From Felis catus (lineage: Eukaryota), in the NCBI RefSeq assembly GCF_018350175.1, contig NC_058368.1, positions 64,730,001-64,794,000 of the forward strand: a stretch of 64,000 nt of DNA. The letters are read 5' to 3'. The position numbers were made by a program, and so were the translations under genes. Every line of letters starts with the position of its first letter. Position 1 is the stretch's first letter. Positions 24,626 through 37,129 of the stretch are shown piece after piece. Under the pieces are notes generated by a model that was not told the DNA's origin, did no database searches, and saw only the letters and a list, made by a program, of their open reading frames with translations.

Positions 24626-25919
24626 TGATTGATTGGATACAACATGATAGTCTTTCATAGGACATGAAATATTTTTATATGACAAATGTTTTACAAACTT
24701 TTCCTAAATAATTTCATATCTGTATATACACACACATATGAAGTTACTTGGCTTTGTGCTATTTTCTACATTTGTTTATCTTCTCTCAGAGCTAGATATC
24801 TCTTATTGGAAATGATTATGCAAAATTGCTACTGGTGAAATAAGTCAATATGTTACTTCACATTATTTATACTGATAAATAGCATTGTGTTCAGTTTTTT
24901 TAATGCATTTCTTCTTTTGGAGTTATTTTAAAATACAATCTTCAGTTTATGGCACTATACTAATATTTTTATAAAAATATATGAAAGCTAAATACATATA
25001 TCATATATATAGCTTATATATAGCACACACATATATATGCTAATTACCAATGGAGAATATTAGGAATATAATAGGCTTCTATGGAATACCTAAAGTGAAT
25101 CTTCTCCCTAGTGTAGATTTAACTGAGTAGTCACTATTCTCCTCTACTATCAAGCAAACATTCTTTCATTAAGTACTTACAGTTATTTGAATGTCTTTTC
25201 CCTATTTTGATTTGCCTAAGTCTTCAATTCTGAGGAAAACTCGTTTTACTTGAGCTAAAAAAAAATCTATGTCTAGATTTGGTTGTTGTTATTCTTTGCA
25301 GATTTGCTGCATACATCAAGGAAGTTATATTCAGTCCTTAATATATTTAACACAATAAAACTCTGAGTTATTGTTTTCTGAGTAGCTTATATAGGCTAAA
25401 GTATTCATCCCTATTAACTGAAAAATTAATTCCGGTTGGTAGTGTGTTTTGTTGGATGAAGAAATAATCAAAGTTGGGGCATATGTCACTTTTGATATCT
25501 CAGTAGATACAGTGGCTCTGAATTACTTGTTGAGTATAACTTTTCTCTGATACCATTACAAATGAGCATGCAGTAGAATCCTACTCATGGACTAGTCATC
25601 CTTCTCATGGAGGGTAGTTTTCGTCATCCAAAAGGAGTCAAGTATGCATACTTAACATGTAGAACTGTCAGTGTGTGATGGGCTTCCTTCTTCCTTGATG
25701 TGTTACAGTGGTCTTTATAGCTGGAGCTTTCAGTAAATAGTGTTCATATATTGCAGTACTATCCAGAGGACGCACTCTGTTTCTTCTCTTATCTTAAACA
25801 GACCATGGCATATTTCTAAATTAATAAGAAAACTGAGGAGCCCAGCACTTATTTCCATAGCCTTAGTGTGGAGGTTAAGATACGTGTAAACATTTTATCC
25901 CTGTATTTTTCCATCAGTT

Positions 25920-26142
25920 TTTTTTGATGTTTATATATTTATTTTTGAGAAAGAGAGTGTGTGAGTATGAACACAGGCATGAGCAGGGAAGGGACAGAGA
26001 GAAAGGGATGCAGAGAATCCCAAGCAGGCTCCATGCTGTCAGTGCAGAGCCCAGTGCTGGCCCAAGCTGAGGACAGTGAGATCATGACCTGAGCCAAAAT
26101 CAAGAGTCAGATGCTTGACTGACTGAGCCACCCAGGTGCCCC
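25920..26142 (-). mobile_element. CanSINE (older type)
   Basis: SINE body; TSD ccatcagtt at 25911-25919 and 26143-26151. Confidence 0.95.
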
Positions 26143-26569
26143 CCATCAGTTGTTTTTTTAATTGCTGTAGAGTTCCAGAGGAAACTTGGATGTGTAAACC
26201 CTCCTCTTTCTCTCTTTCTATTCAGTAATTTGATTCTTACCAATAATAAATCTATCCATCATAGTAAGTGATGCTCTTATTATTCATATTGATTTGCATT
26301 TATTCAACACAAAATCCTACTTGCATATCCCTGCTGAAGTCCTTGTTAATTCTCAGTTGTTTATTAACTTGTGTTTTAAAACTGACATCAACCTTCAAAT
26401 CCTCCTGAGCAAACTGTTGATGATATGATAATAATATTTCATTCTAAAGGCATAACTAGTATCAGTGACTTTTTTGCTCACTGGACTCAGTTCCAATTGG
26501 AATAACAGGGAATTAAATATTTTTGAAATAAATGCTATAGTGGGGGGAAAAAAATCAAACCTTGATGTC

Positions 26570-26730
26570 AGTCAAGAGATTTACATTATCCTCCTGGCTA
26601 AACCACTCCCTCTCTCTGTAGATTTGGAAAAATTTACTTGGCTTTACTTTCTCTGTCTCTTTGTCAGTAAAATAAGTTTAAATTCATTATTTGTATCACC
26701 CATTTTCTTTGAACTCTGAAACTCTATGAC
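26570..26730 (+). mobile_element. MIR/MIR3 fragment
   Basis: Degenerate core and ...gaactctgaaactctatga terminus. Confidence 0.4.
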
Positions 26731-28573
26731 TTTAATTTATGATTATTGTCTTAAGCCTATTACAGTATTTTGAACACTTGAAAAAAATGCTAAGTGCATC
26801 CCATTTACCCATTTTATGCTTCAAAAACTTCACGATTGAGGGGTCATTCTTATTATTTAGAAAAACGTACAAAGCTATAAGTGTGAAAATTCATTGTTGC
26901 TTGGAGTTTTTTGTTGCTGTGTCTCATAATTAGCTAATCTGTAAGATTTTATTTTTAATGTAGTTTATTATCACTGATCCCACTTACATGTAGTTTTTCA
27001 ATTCTTTACTGAGTGTAGAATTTTTCTAATTCTTCAGTGTTCTTATTGTTTATATGTTAGTACGCATGCTGACCATTCAGGATTTTGGAATTTTTCATGT
27101 TGAAGGCAACACTGTAGGAATTCAGGATAAAAGATTCAGAAGCAAAGGGAATGATTTTCCATTTGGCATTTTATAACTACGATTTTATTAAGAAATTTCT
27201 GTCATCCCCCACATCGAATTCTGCTCTCAGAAATGTCTCTTTTTTCCAGTGATTTCAGGAGCATTTGCCCAGCAATGGAAAATATAATCTAATAAGACAC
27301 TTCCAAGTGTCTTAGACAAAATATTTAAGTATGAATTTGATATTTTAATAATTGTGTTATGAATATATCGTACTGAAACATCAATTGTGAATCAGCATTA
27401 GGTTCTAAAATAGAAACTCAGGAAATAGAAACTGGCCATATGTTCTTGAAAAACCACATAGTAGGAGAATTCATGATTGAGGAGTTTAGGACCTTCTAGG
27501 AAAAATCAACCCAAGAAACTGAAATTTGAGTGAATTTATGAAGGCTCTTACATGTTTTCCTATTAATGGATTCCTATTAATGGATTTAAAAAAAAGACCA
27601 CACACATAATGCTTGCATAATAATGGGTATCACACATGAATTTCCATTAATAATTCCTTAATTTCCAGAAACTTTTCAAGATTACCTCCCACAGTGTTTT
27701 GATGATGCTTGCTTTACTAAAGGTAACATGCATATTAAGAATTATTTGTATCTGTATAATATTTCTTTAAATATTCAGTGTATTTCTAATTTTATGATTT
27801 GTTGTTACTGATTTCCCCAACTTGACTATGGTTCTAGCACATTATTATAATTCCAGTCTCTTCCACAGTATCCACTATCTGGGGATTAGTTCATCTCAAC
27901 TTCCTTTACTTTTCTCAGTTTCATTGCAAAATTTATATTATCACCTTGTTGCAGTCTTGTTTCCATTTGTTTTAAACTCTAGCTCCTTTGTTATTTTGTG
28001 TGTATGTGTGGAGGTTTTTGTTTTTTTTTTGCTAATATCTCCATATATATAAGTAAACTATCTGTGTTAAAATCATAAGCTTTAGACTGAGTAAAAGTCC
28101 TAGAGAAATGCATAGCCCGTTATCTGAAATTAATATCTATAACTAATATCCATCATCTGGAATGATAGCTGATTAAGGACTATATCACTTAAAGGATGAC
28201 TGACTTGACAAAACACATCTACAAAACCCTCACATTATGCATAATTGTCAGAAACTAGGCACTTTCTTGTTCAGGTTGAAAACAAAACAAGGATTCCCTC
28301 TCTCCCAATCCCTATGCACCATTGTACTCCAATACCTAGCTAATGTAATAAGACAAGGGAAAAAAACAGAATGTATTCAGAATGGAAATGAAGAAATGAA
28401 AACATTTTCATTTGTAGATGATATGGTTGGCTATGGAGAAAATCCCAAAGACATGGCAAAGAAACCTCCTGGAACTATCAAACAAGTATAAACAGGTAAC
28501 AGAACACAAAGTTAACATATAAAAACCAAATTTTTCTATATACCATGAATAAACATTTAAACTTAAATTTTTT

Positions 28574-28833
28574 TTTGTTTGTTTTTTTGTTTTTTTGTTT
28601 TTTTGTTTTTTTTTTTAATTTTTTTTTCAACGTTTATTTATTTTTTGGACAGAGAGAGACAGAGCATGAACGGGGGAGGGGCAGAGAGAGAGAGAGGGAG
28701 ACACAGAATCGGAAACAGGCTCCAGGCTCTGAGCCATCAGCCCAGAGCCCGAGCGGGGCTGGAACTCCCGGACCGTGAGATCGTGACCTGGCTGAAGTCG
28801 GACGCTTAACCGACTGCGCCACCCAGGCGCCCC
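28574..28833 (-). mobile_element. Young felid CanSINE with long patterned tail
   Basis: CpG-rich SINEC_Fc-like body; perfect TSD taaacttaaatttttt at 28558-28573 and 28834-28849. Confidence 0.97.
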
Positions 28834-29267
28834 TAAACTTAAATTTTTTACAAAATATGTTAGCATCGAAAAACATGTGCATTAGCAACAACAGTATAAA
28901 AGGGAAAACTTAAGTATAAGTCTAACAAAATATACACAGGATTTGTATGCAAAAATCCACAAGACACAGATTAAAGAATGTGGAGAACATCTAAACAAAT
29001 GGAGAAATGCCCCATGTTCATGGTTTGAAAGACTCAATATTGTTCCGATGTCAGTTCTTAACCACTTGTTCCATAGATTCAAAATAATCCCAATGAAAAT
29101 CTCAGTCAGTTGTTATTCATATATGTCAATAATTGAGTTTAAAGTTCATGTGAAAAAACAAAAGACCTCGAATAGTCAACACAGTACTGAAGAAGAACAA
29201 AATTGGATGGTTAACCTGATTGCAAGATTTAGTATAAAACTATTTAAAAAAATTTAAAAAGGGGGGA

Positions 29268-29483
29268 GGGGTGTCTGGGTGGTTCAGTCAGTTGAGCGAC
29301 CGACTTCGGCTCAGGTCAAGATCTCACAGTTTGTGAGTTTGAGCCCCGTGTCGGGCTCTGTGCTAACAGCTCAGAGCCTGGAGCCTGTTTCAGATTCGGT
29401 GTCTCCCTCTCTCTGCCCCTTCCCCAATCATGCTCTGTCTCTCTCCATCTGTCAAAAATGAATAAACATTAAAATTTTTTTTA
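29268..29483 (+). mobile_element. Felid CanSINE
   Basis: SINE body; TSD aagatttagtataaa(a/g)ctat at 29224-29243 and 29484-29503. Confidence 0.95.
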
Positions 29484-30483
29484 AAGATTTAGTATAAAGC
29501 TATAAGAATACATAGTATTGATCAACAAATAGATGCATAGATCAGTGGAAGAGAATAGAGAGCCTAGAAATAGAACTACCATAATATAGTCCTCTGTCTC
29601 AGACAAAGGTGCAAAGTTATTTCAAAAGAAAAAGGATATTTTTGCAACAAATAGTCTGAAATAATGTACACGTGCAGAAAAAATGAACCTAGAAGCAAAG
29701 TACACATTTCACAAAAATGTGGGTTTGGTAATGAACTTTTAGATGTAACACCAAAAATGTAATCCATGAAATATAAAACTGATAATACAGACTATTAATA
29801 TTAAAGATATCTGCTCTGCCAAAGACACAGTTAAGAGATATAAAACACAAGCCACAGGTTTGGAGAAAATATTTACACAGTACAAATCTGATAAAAGATA
29901 TATTCAAAATATGCAAAAAATCTTAAAACCAATACTAAGAAAATAAACAACCCTTTAAAAAGTGAGCAAAATCACTCAATAGACATCTCATCCAAGAAGA
30001 TATACAGATGGCGAGTAGGCTCATGAAATGATGTTCAGAGCATTTGTCATTAAGAAAATCGCAAATTAAAACAACAGTGAGATACATACTTGTTAGAATG
30101 ACTAATATCCAAAAGACAATACCAATTACCAGTGAGGATGTGTAACAATAGAAATTCTCATTCACTGACAGGAGTGTGAAGTAACTGCCACTTTGAAGGA
30201 CAGCTTGGCAGTTTCTTATGAAATTAAACAGTCTTATCTGACTCTGCATCCACGCTCATAGGACCAACTGATTTGAAAATTCACATCTACACAAAAACCT
30301 ACAGATGAATGTTTATGGCAGCTATATGCAGAGTGGCCAAAAATTGGAATCTACCAAGATGTCTTTATTAGGCTAGCAGATAAACAAACTGGTATTTTCA
30401 TATAACAGAATACTATTTAGCATTAAAAAGAAATGAGCTTTCAAGGCATGTAAAGACATGAGTGAATCTAAAATACATGTTGA

Positions 30484-30697
30484 GGGGTGCCTGGGTGCCT
30501 TGGTCGGTTAAGCGTCCGACTTCGGCTCAGGTCATGATCTCACGGTCCGTGGGTTCAAGCCCCGCGTCGGGCTCTGTGCTGACAGCTCGGAGCCTGGAGC
30601 CTGTTTCGGATTCTGTGTCTCCCTCTCTCTCTGCCCCTCCCCTGTTCATGCTCTGTCTCTGTCTCAAAAATAAATAAACGTTAAAAAAATTTTTTTT
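30484..30697 (+). mobile_element. Felid CanSINE
   Basis: SINE body; TSD aaatacatgttga at 30471-30483 and 30698-30710. Confidence 0.97.
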
Positions 30698-31105
30698 AAA
30701 TACATGTTGATTAGTCAAAGTGGTCAGGCTGAAAAGACTATGTACTTTATTACAGCATTTACATGATATTCTGAAAAAGGCAAAAATCATAGAGTAGATA
30801 AACAGATCAATGATTTCCAGGGGTTGACAGTGAGGGTAGGGAGACATTGAGTAGGTGAAGCACAAGGCATTGTCCAGGTGGAGACACTATCCTGCGTGGA
30901 CACTGTGATGATGGATACATAACGCTGTGCATTTGTTAAAATCCATTGAGCTCTGAAACATAAAAAAATAAACACAGTGTATGCAAATTAACAAATTATT
31001 TAGAGATCAATGAAATCCGAGGATAGAATGCAGAATGTGACAAAATTATCTGTTACAACCTCACTGAAGGGAGTGTGTGGGAAAAGTGCTGAGCTAAGTA
31101 ACTTT

Positions 31106-31339
31106 TTTTTATGTATATGAAAGTGCTTTTATTTTTTTTTATTTTTTTAATATATGAAATTTACTGTCAAATTAGTTTCCATACAACACCCAGTGCTCAT
31201 CCCAAAAGATGCCCTCTTCAATGCCCATCACCTACCCTCCCCTACCTCCCATCCTCCATCAACCCTCAGTTTGCTCTCAGTTTTTAGGAGTCTCTTACGC
31301 TTTGGCTCTCTCCCACTCTAACCTCTTTTTTTTTTCCCT
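31106..31339 (-). mobile_element. Short 5'-truncated young felid L1 (3'UTR only)
   Basis: Reverse complement of the L1 3' end seen at 20860-21115; TSD taagtaacttt at 31095-31105 and 31340-31350. Confidence 0.93.
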
Positions 31340-32814
31340 TAAGTAACTTTGAAATGAGTGCACACTATGAGATTAAAGGCAAAAAGAATCATACATGGCC
31401 AGTGTAGACTGGTTGATCAAGTGTTTTTCCATGGGAATAGAGGTTAACAGTTCTGAAACCACCATACACATATACTGGAATTGAATAATTTTAAAAATGA
31501 ATAACATATAAGTGCCAGATCTCTCTGTTAGAGTAGGAGGTTATAGATGAACAGGATGCAGAGGCTAGAATGATCCATGTAGTAATGGATTACAATTGGA
31601 ACACCATTATAAACTCAAGTTCAGTTTAATAAAGATGGTTACACATACAAATATTTTAGACATGTGTTTATGCACAGGTTACTGTACACGCCCATATCTT
31701 TGTTTTGCCCACTGAGAGGGTCTAGGAACAATCACACTCCAGCAGCAATGAACACACCCATTGTCCGTCTCTTGATCTTTTAAAATTATGCTCCAATAAT
31801 AAAAATATTAGGATTCCATGGAGAAATGCTTGATTCTAGGAATGAGACAGAAAAATATGCGGATGAGTTTATAGCATCTTATAGTGCCAGGAACTAAAGA
31901 GGTGCTAAATACACACAGACACATAGATACACACAAATGGGGATATGTCAAAGGGACAAAACAGCTAACTGAAAGAGCTCTCAACGGCTAAAGCTGTAGC
32001 AGTTTGAGCAACAGAATAAATACAGTACGTACTAGATTACAAGCCAAAGTATAAAGTAAATATGAATTCATACTGATTTTTAAATAATTATAAAAATAAA
32101 CAGAATAGACAGATATGCTGTTAGAAGTCCAAATAATCTATGTGGACACTCTGCCTTCCATGAGGTTGAGCGTGTATTACTCCCTGTTCTTTAAATATGA
32201 ACTAGTCATAGTGAACTCTTTCCAAAGATTCCAGTATGAAAATTTGGGGGGAAAATGGTAACTTTACAGTGGAGAAACTTGGAAAACACTACCTCAGCCA
32301 ACTGATCAAGGTTAATTTCAATAGTGGTAAGTAATAGTATATGCCCTTGTTACGATAAAAGCATAGCATTTTATTCTGTAGTCCTCTTCCCAAAACCATG
32401 AGGAAAACATCATGCAAATCCTAAGTGAGGGACATTCTACAAAACACCTAACCAGCCCATGCCATAACTGTCAAAGTCATCGAAAACATAAAGATCCACA
32501 AAACTCTCATAGTCAAGAGGAACCAAAGGATATATGACAGCTAAACGTAATATAATATTCTTGATGGGATCCTGGACAGGAAAAGAGAATTAAGGAAAAC
32601 CTGGTAGAATATGAATAACTAGGAGCTCTGGTTAATAATAGTATTTCAATATTTATTCATTAAGTGTGGCAAATATACCACACCAATGAAAGATGTTAAT
32701 AATAGAGGAAGCAGTGTGTAGTGTATGAGGGAAACTCTGTAGTATCTTCACATTTTTTTTCTGTAAATTGAAACTATTCTAAAATTCAATGTTTTTTTTT
32801 TTAAATAAATTTGA

Positions 32815-33038
32815 GGGGCGCCTGGGTGGCGCAGTCGGTTAAGCGTCCGACTTCAGCCAGGTCACGATCTCATGGTCCGTGATTTCGAGCCCCGCGTCAG
32901 GCTCTGGGCTGATGGCTCAGAGCCTGGAGCCTGTTTCCGATTCTGTGTCTCCCTCTCTCTCTGCCCCTCCCCCGTTCATGCTCTGTCTCTCTCTGTCCCA
33001 AAAAATAAATAAACATTGAAAAAAAAAACATACATTTA
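32815..33038 (+). mobile_element. Young felid CanSINE (SINEC_Fc-like)
   Basis: Near-identical to 2797 and 23771 copies; TSD aaataaatttgag at 32803-32815 and 33039-33051. Confidence 0.97.
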
Positions 33039-33049
33039 AAATAAATTTG

Positions 33050-33223
33050 AGAGCACCTATATGGCTGAGTCAGTTGAGCGTCCGCCTCTCAGGCTCTGTG
33101 CTGACAGTGTGGAACCTGCTTGGAATTCTTTCTCTCTCTTCTGGTCTCTTTCCCCCTCCCCACTCATGTTCTTTCTCTCTCTTGCTCTCAAAATAAGTAA
33201 ACACACATTTAAAAAATTTTTAA
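33050..33223 (+). mobile_element. Older CanSINE with internal deletion
   Basis: gagcacctatatggctgagtcagttgagcgtccg joined directly to ggctctgtgctgacagtgtggaacctgcttgg; the middle of the tRNA-derived head is missing. Confidence 0.85.
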
Positions 33224-34394
33224 AAATAAATTTAAAATGTAGCTGATTTTTAAAGTAGTATCGTGCAGCTGATGTCTTAACTGAAATATTAAGGATAATG
33301 TAACAGATTCATGTTTTCTGATGTGGAAAAAAGTCAAAATACATTATGAGCAAGAAGAAAGTCACAAAGACACATTGTTGTGACTCGTTTCATGCAACAG
33401 TTTAAACAAACACATACATCCACACAAATATTTGGAAGGTTAACCACTGAAGTGTGGTGACTTTAACGATAGCAATGGCGTTTAGGGTTGTTGCAAATGG
33501 GATACTTGTTGGCATAGGTTTTTTTCTGTATTTGTTTTTATTATTTGAATATTTTGTAATGAGCATACATTTGTAGGTATTTGTAAGTTACTTATGATTT
33601 AAACCCCTTGAATACACGTTAACTTCAGTCTGCTCCCACGCCTACCTTGATCAATAATCCCCTTTCCCTCCATAACATAAAGTATTTTTTTCCAGCGTGT
33701 CCTCTGCTGAGCACGTAAACAGGAGTAAGTTTTTCCCAGGTTAAAAAGGAAAATAAGAAAAGAAACAAGAAGTGTACCTTTTGTCTATTAGTTACCCCAC
33801 ATCTTTTCTCTTTTACTGCCAACATTCTTGAAAGTGTTATCTTCTCTTGTTTTTTTCTATTGTCCTCTCTAGTGCTCAGTGCCTGCTGTTACCTCCACTC
33901 ACTCTACTGTTAGGACAGCCTCCCTGGTGAAGTGCTGTGGTGAAGAAGCAAGAGCTCTGGGCTCCGCAGTTAGGACTTTACGTACTCTGCTTTATTTTCC
34001 TAACCTTGCTTTACACGCCTCTAAGAGGAGAATTAGGACTCTACCCATCTTGGTATGTCCAATACATAACATATTTCAATAAATATCAATCAGGAAATCT
34101 AGAAACAATACCCAGAGTCTGACCATTCTGTTCTTCACTACTGCTCTTCTCACTCAAGCTCTCGCCATCTTTGTCCTGGATTAGTGCCATCATCTACTAG
34201 TGTGCTAGACGGACTAACCTCCCTGATGGGTCTTATTGCTTCTGCCCTCACAACCCTTCAAATCTCTCTTGACACAATGCCTAGAGAGGAACCATAAAAA
34301 CCTAAATAACCACATGTGTCTCTTCTGCTCAGAACCTCCAGAGCTTACCATTGTTTGAGAATGTGAATTTAATGTAGTGTGAGTGTGTGTCTCT

Positions 34395-35015
34395 GTATTA
34401 TCAGCAGTGGAATAGAGAAGTATGTCAAGTAAAGAAAGGAAGCCAATCAGGGTGTGTTATTAAGCAGATTACCACTGTGGGCAGCTAGGGGTAATCCCAC
34501 TGGTGAATGCTGAGAGACAGTGTGAACACTGCCTCAAAGTACTTCCAACCAAGATTTAAGGAGCTGAGGATTTTACCAGCAATATCCTATCAGTTATTGG
34601 TTGAGGGCTTCTGGGGAAGGGTGGTGAAAGGAACACTGACCTCCTAACATGCCTTACCTGCTCCATCCTTGAGCCTAGCAGACTTGCAGCTAAAGAAAGC
34701 ACTCAGGGGGGCACCTGGGTGCCTCAGTCGGTTGAGCAACCGACTTCGGCTCAGGTCATGATCTCACGGTTTGTGAGTTCGAGCCCTGCGTCGGGCTCTG
34801 TGCTGACAGCTCAGAGCCTGGAGCCTGCTTCAGATTCTGTGTCTCCCTCTCTCTGTCCCTCCCCTGCTCATGCTCTGTCTCTATCTCAGAAATAAATAAA
34901 TATAAAAAAAATTTAAAAAAAAGAAAGCACTCAGGTAGAGGTGTAGAAAAGAAACATTCACAGGAATGGTGAGGGCCACGAGGATATGGATGGGTAGCTG
35001 ACAGCATCTGCTAAA
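34395..35015 (-). mobile_element. ERVL LTR (LTR33-like)
   Basis: gggtgtgttattaagcagattaccactgtgggcagct...tcagttattggttgagggct...gatatggatgggtagctgacagcatctgcta; similarity to recalled LTR33 consensus. Confidence 0.7.
34708..34919 (+). mobile_element. Felid CanSINE inside LTR
   Basis: Perfect TSD aaagaaagcactcagg at 34692-34707 and 34920-34935. Confidence 0.97.
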
Positions 35016-35064
35016 GTTCTTTTCTCAATTATCTTAAAAATTTTATTTCCTTTCTAGCTCCCTC

Positions 35065-35515
35065 AATCATTTCGAGCTCTTCAGGAAATAGATGGCACAT
35101 TCAAAGGGGATAATTGGAACAAGCTTAACAAAAAGACTGTTTATAAGTATGTGGACAGGTTTAAAAAAACCCCACAAGTTATGACAATTCTAGATGGATT
35201 AATCCTATTTCCATTGTCTGAAGGAGGCAGAGTAGGAGCAGATACTTGAAACTACGAGATCTGCAGCTTACTGGGTAAGCAGAGAAAAATGGTCACTGCC
35301 AAGCCATACCCTAGCAGGGAAGGATCCTGAGAGATTATACCCACATGTGCTCTCTCCTTCCCCTTCTGATTTGTGCATTTGCTTTTCATTGGTCAAACCA
35401 ACATGAAGCCAGAAAACTAAGGAGTCAAGCAGTACTTGAGGTCAGTGGACAGAGCTCAAAGCACAGTGGGATAATGGGAAGTGGATCCAGAGGAGTAAAT
35501 GGAGACTATCCACCA
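35065..35515. mobile_element. ERVL-type solo LTR (LTR40/LTR41-like)
   Basis: caggaaatagatggcacattcaaaggggataattgg...gactgtttataagtatgtggacaggttta; recalled consensus similarity. Confidence 0.5.
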
Positions 35516-35561
35516 TACCTGAATATAATGTAAGCTCCATGAAAGCATGAATTTTTTCCAG

Positions 35562-36081
35562 TTTTATTGAGAACTAATTACTTATTGAGAAATAATTATA
35601 ACAATGTGTAAGTTTAAGGTGTACAACATGTTGATTTTATATATTTATATATTGCAAGACAATTACCACCATGACCTTAGCTAACACCTCCATCACATCA
35701 CATAATTATTTCTTTTTCATAGTGAGAACATTTAAAATTACTCCCTTTAGCAACTTCCAAGCATATACAGTGGTGCTATTAATTATAATCACCACGCTGT
35801 ACTCTAGATCCCCAGAGTTTATCCACCTTATGACTTGAAGTGTGTATCCTTTAACCAATATCTCCCTGTCTCTCCCACGCCCAGCTGGTGAACCATTCTT
35901 GTCTCTGTTCCAAGAGTTTGGCTTTTTAAAATGCCATATGTAAGTGATATCATACAGTATTTTTCTTTCTCTGTCTTATTTACTTCATTCAGCATAATGC
36001 CCTTAAGGTCCATTTCTATTCTTGGAAATGGCAGGATTTCCTTCTTCCTTATGGCTGAATAATATTCCACTGGATATATGT
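35562..36081 (-). mobile_element. L1MA-like 3' end fragment
   Basis: gtaagtttaaggtgtacaacatgttgatt...ttagctaacacctccatcacatcacataatt...ctagatccccaga. Confidence 0.9.
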
Positions 36082-37129
36082 GATTTTCATCTGTTTTGTT
36101 CACTGTGTTATCTTCTGTACATAGCATAGTACCTAGCACATAGCACTACATAAATATTTGTTGAATGTTTCAGTGCATTCAAAATACTCTCATTGTTCAT
36201 TGTAAACTATTTCAGGATTATGCTTCGTTTTTTGCCTTCTAAAAACTGTGAGTTGGTATCTAAATACTGTGATTGAATGCCCTTGAATTTCTAAGTGTCT
36301 TACCACAAAGGAGTATCAAAGCTTCTAATAACCATGATGTAAATTTCAGTTTGGTAAAAGAATAATAAGCATCTTCTCTTGTAACTCAATACTTCCATTT
36401 CCTCTTCTAGATGAAGACGTATGTGGGAAACTGCCTAGTGCTAGTATTGGGTGAGCATATATCAGATGAAGAATTACTAAATTGCATTTGCTCATTTCTG
36501 TATTACTAACTTGGGAAAGTCTTCCTGCCAATCAGTATTTAAATACCTGATAATTATTTACTACAATTTTGGATTATGTCACATTTTCATTGAATTCATA
36601 GTTTAATAATGATTAATTAAGCAATATTGTCATGCCAGATTAAAAATAATTTTCTTAATTCCATTTTTTTCATATTTAACTGCTCTTCCTTTCTAGTCAT
36701 CAATAAAATATAGAAGTTACCCAATTTGTGGTAACTTGTTCCAGTCGCCCTAGGCGACTAATACAGAATAAAACAGAGTACTACATCAGTTCTCATCCAC
36801 TGATAATCATTTTTGGATTATTAATTCTGGAAACAAAAAGTCATTTGGCACTTTAGGGGTACCAAGTGGGAAAGTATACATTCACTCTTTATTAACCAGT
36901 ATTTTTGCTATCTTGTGTTGAGTGAAATCAGAACTGATACCTAACCAGATGCTTCCATTACTGGTATTTCAATATCCAGAGAATTTTCTACTCCTATTGT
37001 AGCCTAAACTTATTTAAAGTCTAAAATGAAAAAAAAAACAAAAACAATGAAAAGGTAGACTCAGGATGCCAAAAAGACATTTTTTATCTGATTATTCAAT
37101 CCACCAACCTAAAATTTAAAATAATAAAT

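Larger units (their letters stand above)
28210..32790 (+). mobile_element. Old L1MC/MD-like element (ORF2 3' half plus long 3'UTR) hosting three SINEs and a young L1 fragment
   Basis: Peptides KTKQGFPLSQ...FSFVDDMVGYGENPKD and LNKWRNAPCSWFERLNIV; L1MC-type 3'UTR ending near ttctgtaaattgaaactattctaaaatt. Confidence 0.88.
33770..36170 (+). mobile_element. Fragmented L2, interrupted by two LTRs, a SINE and an L1
   Basis: L2 body 34090-34375; gtaagctccatgaaagcatg at 35530; terminus tagcatagtacctagcacatag...ataaatatttgttgaatg at 36120-36167. Confidence 0.7.

Noticed and set aside
24236..24685. Six overlapping ORFs, and a CRISPR-like repeat-spacer look
   Set aside because: Dinucleotide repeats lack stops; the spacers are microsatellites of unequal length, there are no cas genes and the DNA is mammalian.
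12689..27111. Other minus-strand AG...GTAAGT pairs (about 12689-12792 and 26989-27111)
   Set aside because: Stops in all frames and very AT-rich; such pseudo-exons are expected by chance.
21684..27584. Isolated 14-nt tandem duplications (ttctacataaagct x2 at 21684; ttcctattaatgga x2 at 27557)
   Set aside because: Ordinary small slippage duplications with no further structure.
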